64,000 bases of DNA from Cycas panzhihuaensis (lineage: Eukaryota > Plantae > Cycadophyta), in the NCBI GenBank assembly GCA_023213395.1, contig CM041465.1, forward strand, positions 96,107,741 to 96,171,740, given 5' to 3'. Position numbers and translations under genes: made by a program. Shown piece after piece: positions 1 through 14,050 of the stretch (positions are counted from its first letter, which is position 1; every line of letters begins with the position of its first letter). The notes under the pieces were generated by a model. The model was not told where the DNA came from and did no database searches. It saw only the letters and a program-made list of their open reading frames with translations.

Positions 1-329
1 CCTACCTCCCTGTAATAGCTACATGAACATATATATGTCCTAATTATTAGGATTTATCAACTACCATCCATTATAACTCTATAATATAGGTTTATCCTCC
101 CATTCCTATCTTTTATGACAAATTCATGGTATAATATTCCTACTCATTACATATGAAACACATAATTTCTCCCAAGTTTATTGAGATATTACCTTATGAT
201 AAATTAGATTTTGGGTTGCCCTAGGAATGATTATAAATCTTATCTCCTTGCCTAAATTTTAGAGGCCTAAAACTCCTTCTCAATGGCCTAGTTTTGCTTG
301 TTGTGTACCCTTTTAGCTAATTTTCCTAT

Positions 330-700
330 CCTATAAATCTTAACCATTAGTTTTCACATCACTTGGCCTTACCGATTACCTCTAATAGGGTTTTGGATTC
401 AAGTATCTTAATCATATTTTGGATTTTTTTATTCAACTCACTAAAATCCTTATGAATTCTCACTTTCTCTTATTAAATATATGGTACATACTAGAGTAAT
501 TCCATAAACTCTCTCTCACATTCATCTATTGACTCCTTCTTTACTTTAATTCATGAAAGGCCTTTATTTTCTTATCATAGTACTACTTAAAGAGAAATTT
601 CTATTTAAAATACATTATGATTTTTATCCATATTATGTTTATTTCTTAAAATTTCTATTTACATATTTCCTTTATACCTCAAGAACTCCTCTATTTTTAT
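330..700 (+). pseudogene. Possible highly decayed Ty3/gypsy integrase relic
   Basis: Broken-frame fragments LPL...QLTKS..HFL...FIPQ weakly resemble the chromovirus integrase pattern GLP...DRLTKSAHFL...FHPQ; very AT-shifted. Confidence 0.2.
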
Positions 701-889
701 TTCTTTAGGGTTAATGTCTTCTTAATCCTAATAGGTTATTTATGTGTCATACCTTAGTCTCTCCATCCTCTATCTAAAATAATTAGCTTGATGTTCCTAT
801 ACTTGCAGTTTAACTTGGCAACCTATTAAGCTACTAGTTTGTGAAGCCCTAATAATAATCCCTCAATACATAAACAAATGGAATCCTAT

Positions 890-1120
890 CAATACTTTGT
901 TATTACTATAACTCATAAGACCCTAGCAGTAACCTCTTAATATTATAATTTTTAAATTTTAAAAAGTAACTCATTAATATTATAATTTCTAAATTTTGGA
1001 TAGTAACTTGTCAATATCATAATTTTTTAAATATGGGCAACAATATTTCAATGTCATAAGTTATGAAACTCTTGTATCATTCTATCAATTATTATAATTT
1101 GTGAAAACTTAGCAACAACT
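890..1120. repeat. Degenerate 37-bp tandem repeat, about 5-6 units
   Basis: AGTAAC..TTAATATTATAATTT..AAATTTT units start at 928, 965, 1002 and ~1039. Confidence 0.75.
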
Positions 1121-2126
1121 GGTCTAGTTTTAGTCTTAGTAATTTTGTCAAATTCTTAGTAGGTTTCTAGCCTTAATGCTAGAAAATCTAATAAACCCTC
1201 TAATAGTTAAATAAATTCTAAGCCTACAAGCTTTAAATTAAGTTTTGAACCAAACCTTGATGGATCCTTTACAAGCTTCTAAAGTTGAAACCCCCTTATT
1301 AATTTCTTTGCTAGTATATACACTTTGATTTTGGCCACTCTAATAAACTCTTAGTAGCTTTCAAGCTTAATTACTCTAATGAATTTGACTTCTTTCAACT
1401 TGACTATTCTGATATGATTTATTCTTTTTGTAAGCTTCCAAACTTAGATATGATACCACAACTATCACAACTCTTCTATGCATACAAAGCTCATGACAAA
1501 TACCATGATGGAAACCTAACTTAGTTACTCAATAAGGAAAGTACCAAGTTGCCCAAAACTTGAATTTGTGAAAGCTTAGATTAAATATTACAATTTTAAT
1601 AGAAACACATATCCATTAGATGTGAAAAACTCAAGTGAATAGGGATTCTTATGTATTTGAAATAGATTTTCTTCTATCCATCATAATATAAATAATAAAA
1701 CACAAGAGAACATAGGTTTACATTCTTCAAATAGGATAAAATAAAAGAGATAAATTAAGGGGAAGATCTAATTATATTATTATAAAGAGATTCATTGCCT
1801 AACTAATCACAATCCTAAAGAGGAAAGTGCCCCCAAGCTAGAGCACATGATATGAGAATTAGACTACTAGTGATTCACTCTTTACTCAAGCCCCAAATAT
1901 CCCTTTTTAAAAGTCCTCTTTAAAAATATTTTTACCATTAGTTACTATTATAATATTTACACTCACTATTATAATATCTTGTACCTTTACACTCTTCTTA
2001 TCCTTTGAACCAAATCAAAGAATACCATTCAACACATGGCTCACTATTAAAGCAATCTCATTAGACTTTCTCATTGTGCAACTATGTCTCTCATACCATG
2101 CTAACAATTATAAATTATGATAATCA

Positions 2127-2580
2127 ATGCATAAGGGACTCACTCACTTAACCTTCATATATAAAAATAATTAGAGCATGGAGGACTTAGCTTAATCCTA
2201 TCTAAGTGATAATATCTAGAGCATAGGGGACTCAACTTAACCTAATATTAGTATAAATCCTTCACAATAATAATAGCTAGAGTATAGGGTACTTAACTCA
2301 ACCCTATCTCAGCCTATAAATTTTACACCCATAAGATAATCCAAGGAGATTGAGATAGTAGATCAATCACATGTACATGTCATTAACCAATCTAATTATT
2401 TCATGGGAAGATAGTGTTCACTAAGATAAATATAGAGGATTCACTAAACTCTAGTAATAGAAATAAGGATTCACTACGCTCAAGTTCCTTCTTAACACTG
2501 ATATTTAGTGCATAGGAGGCTCACTTAACCTTTATGTGCAAGAAATAGCCAAATCATAGAAGACTCAAGTCAACCCTATC
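2127..2580. repeat. Array of ~29-bp motif copies (consensus ~AGAGCATAGGGGACTCAACTTAACCCTAT) with variable spacers
   Basis: Copies at ~2127, 2173, 2218, 2279, 2507, 2551; weaker copies at ~2430 and ~2460. Confidence 0.65.
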
Positions 2581-3213
2581 TTAGAATCCTTTAGATAAAC
2601 TTCCCTAGAAGTGTTTAACTAAGTTATAATGGCTTAAATAGACTAAGCAATAGATGTCCAATAACTAAGCTTTAACTAAACAATTTTTTAGCCATCTTTC
2701 TTTAATTTTGTAGTATTTTCATGAAGAAAAATGAACTTTATCCAAAGTAGTTTTCCTATAAATAAAGAGTATGCTTTTCTTCCTTTGTCCCATAGTACTT
2801 CTTAGTGAAATTGTATATAATTCATGATAAAATTATTAATAGATTTTAGTACTTTCCTACTACCATGTTATTAAAAACTAGTACCAAATTCTAGGTTTAA
2901 GTCTTCCAAAATTTGACTAGTTTTTAGATTGCCCCTTTATAGAATCTACACTTTGCACTTTGCATCCAAAGCAAAACTCTTCTAATATCCAAACTTTTAA
3001 GAAAATTAAGAATCAAAAGTTATCTTCCCTTCTCACTTCTCTAGACTATACTCCCTTCCCTACATGATTTAGTTCTATCATTCTTTCCATTAAATCTAGT
3101 GGAGGTTATGGGCTTTAGTGCCTTAGAATAATTCACATAATAAATGCCATAAATACTCCTAGTTGCTATTGTCTTAAATAACTATTAACTACCCAACACT
3201 TTTATTTTCAAAG

Positions 3214-3650
3214 TGTTAGGATTATTAATGTTACTTTATGTTATTTCTAATGTCTTATTTAGTCACATATGTAATTTATTATTTAAGTGATTCTAATGTT
3301 TGATGTTTAGAAGTTAATTCAATATTATGTGAAAGGTCATTGAAATGCATAACCTTCAATGAACCTCTCTTGTTATTTATATCTTCTCCTAGATTCAAGA
3401 AGATGGTTCCGAGAATCTATGAGGTTGTCCAAAAGCCAGTTTCAAGATTGGTTTCATGTATGTAGAGGGTATCTTTAAGGTCCATTGTATAAGTCATTTT
3501 TTATTAATAATATTTAGATTTAGGAGGTGGTTTTTCTTCCCCGGAAGGGGTTTTCCACCTATCAATCCATGTGTACTTATGCAATGTCTTTCTCTTGTAT
3601 TTTTATTATTCCTGTGATCCAATGACATTGTACATGTGCCTATTCTCACA
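3214..3650 (+). mobile_element. Solo LTR (437 bp), same family as the LTR at 63398-63847
   Basis: TGTTAGG...CACA termini; perfect TSD CAAAG at 3209-3213 and 3651-3655; colinear with 63398-63847. Confidence 0.92.
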
Positions 3651-3676
3651 CAAAGAATGTCTCCTTATAGAAATAT

Positions 3677-5433
3677 GTTGGCTTTCATCTTGGCCCTTCC
3701 TCTTTTTAATCGCCCTTTTATTTTATACACTTTGGCAACTAATGAATCTATAGGGGCCATGTTAACCTAGAAAGATGACTCCAAAACCAAGAGGGTCATC
3801 TATTTCATCAATTGTACCTTAGTGGAAATAGAGTTAAACTACTCGCTAGTCAAGAAAGAATGCTTAGTGCTAGTTTATGCTTCCAAAAAGTTTAGGAATT
3901 ATCTCTTGGGCAATATCACATATATGATTGTTTAATCCAAATCCCTTGAGATATCTTCTAATACAAATTGACTTGATAGAAAGAACTGGCAAGTGGCCAT
4001 CCTCCTTCAAGAGTATGATCTAAAGATTATCAACTAAAAATCCATGAAAAGCATGGTAGTCATAAAACAACTAGCACATGCCCCCATACCAAACTCTCTT
4101 AAGGTTCCTTAGGGTTCTGTTTAAAGATTCCTTACCCGATAAACCTATATTAGCTCTTCATCAAACCAATGCCCATCCATTAGAAAATAGTGAATGGTAC
4201 GGCAATATAATTAACTACCTAATCCAATAATAATATCTAGCTAACACCAATAATAAGGTCAAGTTACAAGTTAGGGCCTTCACTCTATAATACTTCCTCA
4301 TAGAGAACATGTTGCATAAATGATCATTTGATGACATACTCCTTCATTATACTAACCTAAAGGAGACTAACTTAATTCTTTGTGAATGCCATAATGACAT
4401 TTGAAAAGGCCACTTTAAGGGCCAATCAATGGCCCAATGTATCCTGTGTATGGGTTATTATTAGCCAACCCTATTTAAAGACACCCATGCTTATGCTCAA
4501 CATTGTCGTCAATGCCAAAAGCATGCCAATGTTATGCATCAGCCTTCTAAGATGCTACATGCAATGGTCTCTCCATGGCCTTTTTCACAATGGGGATTGG
4601 ATTTTATTGGAGCCATTACTCCACCCATCTTGCCCCAACATAAATTCATCCTAATGGCTATTGAGTATTTTACTAAATAGGCTAAAGCAATCCCCCTATC
4701 TTTGAGGACAGGCAAAACTATCACTACCTTTATATATCAATATATTATCTACCGATTTAAGGTCCCTGACGTCCTTATTATAAATAATAGAACCCTATTT
4801 TATAACAAAGAAATAGATAAGCTTTATGAGAGATTTAAGGTCTCTCATAAGACATCATCCCCTTACTACCCTCAGGCCAGTGACCAAATTAAAGCTGTCA
4901 ATAAATCCTTAATTAGTATTCTCAAAAAGACTGTTAACCAATACCCAAAATATTGGCACCTCCAGCTTTATTTGATCTTATGGCTTACTATACTTTAATT
5001 TAAATGGCTACAAGAATGACACCATTCTCCCTAGTTTATGGGTTAGAAGTGGCTTTTCCCCTAGAGGTCAAAATCCACTCCTTAGAGGTGTCCCTCAAAT
5101 GGTTTGTTTACAAGGAGTGGTAGCATCAATCCTGCCTCCTTGACCTCAAAGCCTTAGATAAGAAATGTGTAGCAGTGTACCAAGCTAATTTAGCATCTAA
5201 AGCTAAGGCACAAATGATGCATGATAAACACCTATACCCTCACCCCTTAAGTCTTAGAGACCAAGTCCTCAAATTGGAATATCTACATAATCATTTGTCC
5301 AAATTCAACCCTAAATAGATGGGCCCCTTTATATCATCAAGAGCCTTAACAATAGTGCATATAGAATCACAACGTTAGAGGGCCTTGAGTTTGACAAAGT
5401 TATAAATTGTAAATTACTAAAAATGTTCTATAG
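3677..5433 (+). pseudogene. pol: Element A pol remnant: RNase H plus integrase
   Basis: RPFILYT..ESIGAML, KECLVLVYA.KKFRNYLLG, SPWPFSQWGLDFIG, HKTSSPYYPQAS, GLEFDKVIN..LKMFY; many stops and frameshifts. Confidence 0.9.
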
Positions 5434-6409
5434 TCGACCCCTTCTCCCTTGTTAGGAAAAAGGGGCAACTCCCCTCCACTTTGAAATAAGCCTAAACTAT
5501 CCTTTGTTTATGATACCAAATACCCTCACAAGGGACAGGGCATGTATTCAATCTTTGTCTCATTTCTACTTATTGCAAGGGATGGCAAGGCTTTCCCATG
5601 AGGATGCCAGAAGCCCCTCTAACAAGTCAAACCTTCTTTTAGTCCATCGGTAGTGGATGTTCTCCCATAAGAAATATTTCTCTACATCCACATCTGATGC
5701 CTGTACCAATCCATATCCATAGGTTGGATCAAGCCCCATGGGGGAAGATTTATTCAACCATAAATATAAGTTATCCCCTAAAAGAGCAAATAATAATAAA
5801 ACTCAACACTCTTTAAGAACCCTTGGGCTATCCATATCTATTGGGTCCTTTCCTTTTTATCACCCATGTTAGCATCTTAAGCTCCAAGAGAGCCTATTCT
5901 ATCTTCTACCTTGGGTATGAGTACCTCTATGTGAGGGCCTCCTTTCATTCCCAAGCTCTTTCCCTTATGCAGAGATAGTAACTAGGATTGCTACCCTCAC
6001 CTTGGGTGGTATGTGATCCCTTTACTTGAATGCTATATGAGATGCCTAACCATACCATGGTGATCATGTGTGTACCTAATGTGTGAGCTCCAAGCCATGG
6101 ATAAGGTAAAACAATACACCAAACATGATCTAAAGATCTCGCATACATGGATGTCCATTAGCAAGAACTAAAACTCATAACAAAAAAGGCACCAATCTGG
6201 TCCTCATCTCTATATATATAAGTATAGAATAGTGATATAATAGTATATTAGCATAATGTGCTAAAGGAAACCAAAATCCTTGTAGGGGGTGTACAACTAT
6301 CCTCTCAAATTAGGTGCATACATAGTACGGGTACCTCTTGGAGGCCTAATCTTTCCTATAACTAAAATAAATCATCATACAAAAAATCCCTAGAGCTACC
6401 TAGAGATAG

Positions 6410-8678
6410 TCATGGAGTGTCACCCTCAGGTTATCTTGTCCTCCATTCTGGGGTCCAGGTCCTCCCCAAGACTCCTCTTGGGTCACTATGAGGTCTAGGC
6501 CTTACTCTCCTCATCTCACATGTAGCTCTCATCCCTTGATCACTTGTGGGAAGGAGTCATCATATGTGTCCATGATGACTTGGCTACCATCTAGTCTACT
6601 AGCCTGTCATAGCATGTCTAGAGTTGATCTTGCTCCCTTCACACCTCAGCCAGTCAACTCTACATTACTTAGAGCTAATCATTCTCCCCTTGGACCTCAG
6701 ATAGTCATCTCTAGGCATCTTGGAGATGTGACTATAAGATTGCAATCCTTATATTGGCCCTTGTAGCCACCTATAGAGGCATTGCTACCACTAGAAATGC
6801 TCTCTCTCTTCTATGGGCCTCTAGCTCCCTCACCTAGACATACAATTAGTCCCTCTTTATCTAAAGACAAGCCCACTCCATCTACCTCTCATGGGCTTTT
6901 ACAACCTATATATCCCTAACCTTGAGTAGGGGAGCAAATATGGTAGTCTATAGGTACATTGACTCTAGCTCTCTAGTATCCACTATCAGAGGCTATCCCT
7001 TTGCATATACCTAAGGAAATAACTTAACCGCCACTTTATGGAGAAACTCTATTGTAATATGCTCTCCTACCAACCAAGCAATTATGTGTGTCAATAAGGA
7101 TACTAGCATGGAAATAATATTAAAAAACCCATTCAAGTAAATAATCATAAGTGAAGACTATAACTAAACGAGGAGGGGGAATACCTCTTAGAGTAGTCAA
7201 TGCCCTTGGTACCACCTCCTCTCTAATCCCTAGGACCTCCTCTCCCTTAGTGGCCATGGCTTCCTCACTAAAAGTAGCCATAGACTCATCCTCCTTAGGT
7301 TGGGTAGTTATATCTCCTCATTGGCATCATCCTCTAGCTCCATTGCTAGCTTTGTTGTAGCTTCTTCTCCCTCCTAGTCACTATCCCAATAAATAGAATA
7401 TATGGCTAGTGCATATAATCATTTAAGATTAGCAAATCTAAAGATGTGGTAGCCATCGACATACTAAACTGCTTTGGCTCTATGATACTCTTGAAATGGG
7501 AAGGCCATCAAGGGATAAGGGCATTGGCTAATATTGATTAAGGGCCTATCACTGGTCCTATTCCCCTAAAGTGATCAAAGAACTAGCACTGAAGTAGGGA
7601 GTAATAAGAGAAGTTGTTGTGTCCTACCACCTGAATATGGTCCAACTAGGCTATGATATTAGCCACTATTAGAGTGGCCTAGTCCAGCCTCTATCCCTTC
7701 TCACACCAACAGATGATCTCTATCCATCCTCTTAGAACATCTCTATAATTCTATTTCTAGGAAATCTTGAATAGAATGGTAAAAATAATGAGTTTCCTTG
7801 GTCAAGGAATATGTGCTACCATGATGGTTTGGATCACTACCCCACCGATCCTAATAGCCCCTACTATAGAAAAACCTATCTACCTCCTAATGTATTACAT
7901 CCATGTTAGATAAGACTCCCAAAATAGCTAGTGCTCCACTTGTTAAGATCCCTAAGATCCTTTGTACATCCAATGGGGTGATTATTAGGTCCCCAACTCT
8001 AGGTAGGTGGAACACGTGCCCCTGTGATCCTATAGTGGGATATGATATTAATTAGAAGTGCCTAATTGGAGCTGTACTATTATGATGCAATAACTTTGAG
8101 TAACCCACATTGCCTTAAGATGCCATAGTCCTAGTTGGTCATTAGCTCTACTAAAGCCAACATCGGTGCCTTAATGTTTTTATAGTTATCCACTACCATA
8201 ACTACCTATAATCTAACCAAGATACCATTGATTAGTTACCTACTAGTTAATAGGAGAAACCCCTCACTCAGATGAGTAAAAATAGATAATTTTTTAGTAA
8301 ATTTTTTTTTTTAAATATTAATCTAGCTGTGTACCACATAAAAGTTTATAGTACTACAAATAAATAGGCAGTCTTCAGTCTCCATCCCGTAGTTTTTCCT
8401 ATGGTATCATAGAAAACTCTGTGGTACCAAACATCTCTACCCTAAAAACAAAATGTTAACTCTAAACTACCTATGTTTGGACCTAAAGTAGGTCCATTAG
8501 GATTAGGGCACCCAAACACCCCAGTCCAACCTCTTAAAGGACCACAAATGGGTCATATTAAGCCCTAATATCCTAAAATAGGAACTACTTATCTACCAAA
8601 AAATATAAAGACAAAAACAAGAAAAAAATAATCTCAAAGTTAGGTTCCACTTATTGAGTCCACCTTTTCTATTGCCAT
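6410..8678 (-). pseudogene. Element A antisense PMD/coiled-coil gene (decayed, spliced)
   Basis: Exon 1 MAIEKVDS (8678-8655), acceptor at 8206-8207, then VVMVVDNYKN and VFHLPRVGDL; homologous to C 18143-20542. Confidence 0.8.
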
Positions 8679-9434
8679 GACATCTTCCAGATCTTGAAGA
8701 CTCCTCCCATATGATTATCTAGTAACTAGATCTCTCTTAGTAAGCATGTAAAGGCAAGGGAAATTGAGGGTGGCAGAGGGATTCTCTAACAAAATCAAAT
8801 GAGTAATGATGAAAATGAATTCTAGATTCTCCACCAACCTATTTTTATTCAACCTCCTTTGGTAGGCTCCCCAAAGATCTTTGCTCATTTTCCACTTTGA
8901 TGGAGCCATTAAGTCATTATTTTTGGGACCATTCCTATGTGCTTAAGGACCCAAGTCCTTTTTGACTCCTCGACATTATTTTTCTCACCATTTTATATGT
9001 AATATTGATGGTTTCTACCTTTCTCTAAGGTGGCCTTTACCCCTAAACACACTTGTTTAAAACCTTGTTAGTGCTTATACTCCTTACGTCTATATCAATG
9101 CATTGATCTCTCATTTTATGATTATATTAGCCCTTTTACATTGCCTAGCAAAATCTCACTTTCTTTTCCAAGATTTCTATTAGGTTTTCAATAAACCTTG
9201 AGCTTGATCGATAATTTCTTTGTACCATAATCTCTCCCTCCCATAGAGAAAATCCTTCGTGAGCCTCATTGCCTAGCTATAGGTCTCTCATGTCTTGTTG
9301 TTGAGTGGTTTTTGTGCTATTTTGACCTTTAGGACTCATCTCTCTTCACTCGAGTTTCTTTTCTCTTTGCATTTTCCCCCTATCAAGGGGCAATATTTAT
9401 TTATCTTTTGAAGTCACAGCCATTTTTCTTCTCT

Positions 9435-9845
9435 ATGGCCTTACTCATCTACACTAATGGAGGCAACCATAACAACCCAGGGCCCTCTACTATAGCCTAT
9501 ATCATCCATGATCCTTCTAGGCACACCCTTATACATTCTAGGATGTATTTACCTAAATCCATAAATAATAAAGTAGAGTATATGACCATCATTCAAGACT
9601 TTAACTAATGTGATTTATCTCCATGGTGGCCCCATTATCTTGCATTATAACTTCTAGATCATAGTATCTCAGTTGACCCAGGTCTATCAAGTGCTTTACC
9701 ATAGGTTGAGGTCTTTAGCTATGATAGCTAGATCCTTATTAGCTCATTCTCCTCAATTAACATCTAATATATCCCTCATGACCAAAATGTTGAAGTTGAT
9801 AGCCTAGTTAATCTCATCCTTGAGCATTACCTTTAGCTCATAGAT
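9435..9845 (+). pseudogene. Element A stand-alone archaeal-type RNase HI
   Basis: MALLIYTNGGNHNNPGPS...INNKVEY...YIPHDQNVEVDSLV. Confidence 0.85.
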
Positions 9846-10336
9846 GACTCCCTTTCGACCCAACAGGTTACCCATTAAAAAGGACCTTATGGATACTCCC
9901 CCTTTCTTCCTTCACCTCTAAAAGAAACTACTAACAAGGTAAAACTAGGGTGACTAAGACCTCCATCCACCTAGCTCTTGCCTTTTATAAGTATAACGAG
10001 GCATCCCCCCATCTCCCTAAAGGTTTACTTAGGTTTTAAAACCCTATTTTAGGGTCATGCCACTGACTTGGTATATTACTAGGACATCCCCCTTGGTTGA
10101 TACCTTTCCTTTTCACCTGCACATGCTTAGGATTCACTACCATACACCTTGGGATTAATTTGGTTATGCATATGTCTCCCTCCTTAGCTTGTACCTCTTG
10201 ATCATACACCTGTTGCAACACTCATTGCCTCTTTATGACCCACACATATTTGACTCCTAATTATTATTCATATTAATAGCATTTATATTGGTAGCATTCA
10301 CCATCAGTATAGCTTTAGAGTGATGAGGTTTTGTTG

Positions 10337-10348
10337 CCAAGGGGGTAG
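10337..10348 (+). promoter_or_regulatory. Polypurine tract of element A
   Basis: CCAAGGGGGTAG abutting the LTR start TATTTCCC; matches the PPT of C. Confidence 0.8.
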
Positions 10349-12424
10349 TATTTCCCAAATATTGAGAGTGGATCAGGAGATGATGATACACAGGTAAGTG
10401 AAGGTATGTATCTCTTCCTCCACTTTCAATTTTAGAGTTATATTATTGAGTTTAGGATGATGATTTGATGCATGTTTAAGGCTTTCTTGGTTTGCTTATC
10501 TCCTCTTTTACTAGTGATGATCAGGACTCTAATCTAATGGCCTCTAGAGCCTTCTATCGTGGCTTAACAATTGGTGAGGTGACCCTTATGCTATCCCTAT
10601 AACTCTATTTTTGCCAGTTTTTCAATCCATGGCTACTTATTTCATTTAATTTTCCACTTTGGATATATGTGGCATGTTGTTTAGTGACCATAGGATTAGT
10701 CTATAGGAGCTAAAAGTGATGAAATAAAGCATTGAGATTAGTTTTTGATAAGATGTTACAATACCATGTTGATTTTTGTTGGCAATAGTGGTATAACAAA
10801 GTGTTTATAGTATCACAAATAAGTTCATGGTATAGCAAAGCACTTCACAATATGACTATTACAATAGTCAGTCATAGCTAACAACATTCAAATTACATAA
10901 TTAATATCTCCCTACCAGGCCTAGCAGTTCATGGTAGGCCCAAGTCAATACACAATGGTCTAAGGAGGCCTCTTAATTCACCAAACTACTATTTTTTTAA
11001 TTTATTTAGAGTGGATTCATTTGAATGAAAACATAGTAGTCCATGGTTTTCTGGTGATGGTTTCTCACATAAAATTATCATCCAAACACCTTCAATTCTC
11101 TTATAAAACCCTTCATTTTTTATAGGGGATGGTTCTATGAGTTGTATTCCTTCATGAACTAAGATCACTTTCCATTTTTTAGGTTCAAATTTCATATATT
11201 CACATGCTTAGTTAGGCTTGGTTCACATGCCCATTCTTGGTTGAACTTGGTAGAGATCCTCATTCTTAATTTAGATTCACACTATCTTGGCTTTATTTTC
11301 TTATTCTTGAGACTCAACACCTTGGATTACTATCATCCTTGGCATAATTTTCTCAAGGATTGATGAGATTTGCTTTATTTAACTTTGAGCACTAAGCAAT
11401 TTCCATTATTTCATTGGAGGAGGACTTGGAAGGAGGCATTAGCAATCTCAGAGAGGATTGATGAGGTTCATTTGTATAACTATCAACTTCAACTCACTCC
11501 ACACACTTGGGTAATCCCCCTCCTTGATGCATGGTGTTAGATCTTCCTTATACAGACTCTTTATACTCCATTTTGGGCCATGTTACCATATGTTATAATG
11601 ATTTTACTCTAATAATTACTTAGATGTTCCTTGTTGCTATATTTCTATCTTTTCTTCATTGATTGTTTGTCAAGTTACATTGATTTTGGAAGGTTTCCCT
11701 TGGCTTAACTAAAGAAACCACCTATAATGAGGAGGCTAATAGCATCTTGAGGCACTCGTCACCCCTATTTCCTATATTTCACACTTTATTTCACTTTATC
11801 TCTTTATGATGAATGTACATAGTTATATATAGTGCATGCATTCCCTTAGTAGTGTATAGAAAGTAGTGTTATAAACTATATTATAACTATTATTAGTTTG
11901 GGTGACTTCCTAACTTATATACAAGGTAGAGACCAAAGCTTTCCAAGGAGTTAAAAAAAACCTAATAGAGGATCACATCTTCTAAGGTGAGCTCTCCCTT
12001 CTCATTTCATTTACTTCTTAGCATTGTTAATTTCTACTATTTGTATTATATTGCTAGTTTGATTTGGGGCAGGTAAGTGGAACCTCTTACCTTATAATAT
12101 CATAGCATAAGAGAGGCTACAAGGCGATGTTAAGGAAAGATATTCTTACTGATTACTTCTATTGTAGTTATTCCCTCCATCGTTTTCCTTATTTGCCTTC
12201 TTGCATTACGTTGGTTTCATCTCTTTTGTTATATATATTCACTACCCCCCTTATTTCCTTTTTTTTAAGGAAAGTGAAGAAAAGAGGGAAAAGAGAGAGT
12301 AAAGAAAGAAGGAGAGAGAGGGTTGTATAATTCTATTATTCTTTAAATCCCCCCTTTTTCCTCCATTCCTCCTTATTTTGATTTGAAACGATTACAAAAG
12401 GAAAAGAAAAAGGATAAAAGAGAG

Positions 12425-12479
<55 letters not shown>

Positions 12480-12978
12480 TTGATATTTCTTGTATATCAC
12501 TTTCTTTTGCACTACTTGGTTGTTGTTTTTTTTTTGTAATAGGTATATGAACAACCTATATTAAGAAAGAACCTTAAGTAGAATATTTAACTACCTCCTA
12601 GCTCAACATAAAGTAAAAGAATAATCCAAACCCTATAACCTTCTTCATCTATCCTCTCTACCATACCCCCTACCTATAAGGAGATCTTCCAAACCACCTT
12701 CCATAAGAGGATAGGAGAAGCCTTGCTGAGGCAACCTGATAACCTAAGGAAGCCAAGCCACCCATATCTCAAAGACTTATCACCCAAAAAACTTAAGACC
12801 TTACATGTGAAAAGGGGAACACACATCATGCAAGTCCCAAAGTTAAGCCCAAGTGGTGCACAGACACCCTTCTTAGGTAAATGAGAGCTTCGTTGTGCTT
12901 CTTTAGGTCCTTACACCCTAGGCCTATCACTCATAGGTGCATGGTTGACTCTTGTTACCCCTAGTAGGTACACTTCTA
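10349..12978 (+). repeat. 3' LTR of element A (~2.6 kb; termini decayed TG>TA and CA>TA)
   Basis: Starts after the PPT; the 3' ~1 kb is homologous to 46745-47727, which ends at a PBS. Confidence 0.8.
12427..12477. repeat. (GA)n microsatellite in the LTR of A
   Basis: About 25 GA units; homologous tract in the D LTR at ~47047-47079. Confidence 0.95.
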
Positions 12979-13290
12979 GAGCCTAATAAGCCTAAAGAGA
13001 ATCACCCACCTATAATAGGTAACACTCGAGAATAAAAGTAACCAATTAATTAGTCTTATTGTTATGTCCCTATGGGACATGGCAGATATCACTATAGAGA
13101 ATTATGCTAAAAGTGACCTAGCTTGGTTAGCAAGGGTATGGAGTTAGGGGTAGCAAGCCTAGTAAACTTGGGTAAGCTGACAAATAATAAGTTGTGAGTT
13201 ATTCAACAACATGATAGGGTTGTGCTTAACTTGTCATGCATTAATCAAGGCACTAATAATAATAATACACTTAATTTTATTATTAGATTC

Positions 13291-14050
13291 TAGAATTACG
13301 TCTATGGGATAGTAACTACACCTGGTTAAGATTGGGTTGGTCAACAGAAAGCTCTAGAATAAAGAGTCAATCTAAAAAGTGAAGGGAATCACCCACACAG
13401 GGCATCCTTGCATCAAAACATAGGTTCGGGACTCACGAATGGTGCACAACTTCCCTCTAAGTAACTTAGTTTTGGTTTTGGGGGTAGCACAAGTGAGGGA
13501 TATCCTTGGTTTCCTGAGTAACCTTAAAATGTAGGTCTTCCCACCCTTGAATGGTCGAAAGGGAAGGGCAAAACCCAATGAGGGGATGGATAGAGTGTAT
13601 GTAGGCAAGTGACATAGGAGGTATACTCCCATGAGGGTGGTGTCAAATAACCACCTCATGCACGGGACCAACCCAAAACAAAAGGTGTCAAGATTATTAA
13701 GTTGGTACGAATGTGATTGGGTTAGAGGAGGATGTACTAGAGGATAAATCCTCCTTGAACTAATCAACCTAAAGTGAGTTCAAGGGAGCTAAGGATGATG
13801 GTAAAATGAGCTCTCGTCATCCTACAGGCGAAGGAGTCTACCTTCGATGTGTAATAGTAAAATAGTGTTTAATTAACTATATGTGTAAACAAGAGATAAA
13901 AGAAACAACAAATATACTCTTTCTCATTCTTCTTTTAAATGTGAACCCTCACTCTCCTTTTACTTTAAATAAGAAAAAAAGGGGAATGATGAAGGCAATC
14001 TAATCTAGCACAAAACATACATGCTAAAGATGCAAAACCTAAGAGGTTGT
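13291..14050 (-). repeat. Element B 3' LTR, part 1 (U5 end)
   Basis: Aligns to 41749-42505. Confidence 0.92.

Larger units (their letters stand above)
3677..12978 (+). mobile_element. Element A: old, 5'-truncated Ty3/gypsy Tat-like retrotransposon (RH-INT, antisense PMD, aRNH, PPT, 3' LTR)
   Basis: Colinear with the reverse complement of element C over all internal parts. Confidence 0.88.

Noticed and set aside
2127-2580. CRISPR-like repeat-spacer array
   Set aside because: Plant TE context, degenerate repeats, irregular spacer lengths, no cas genes
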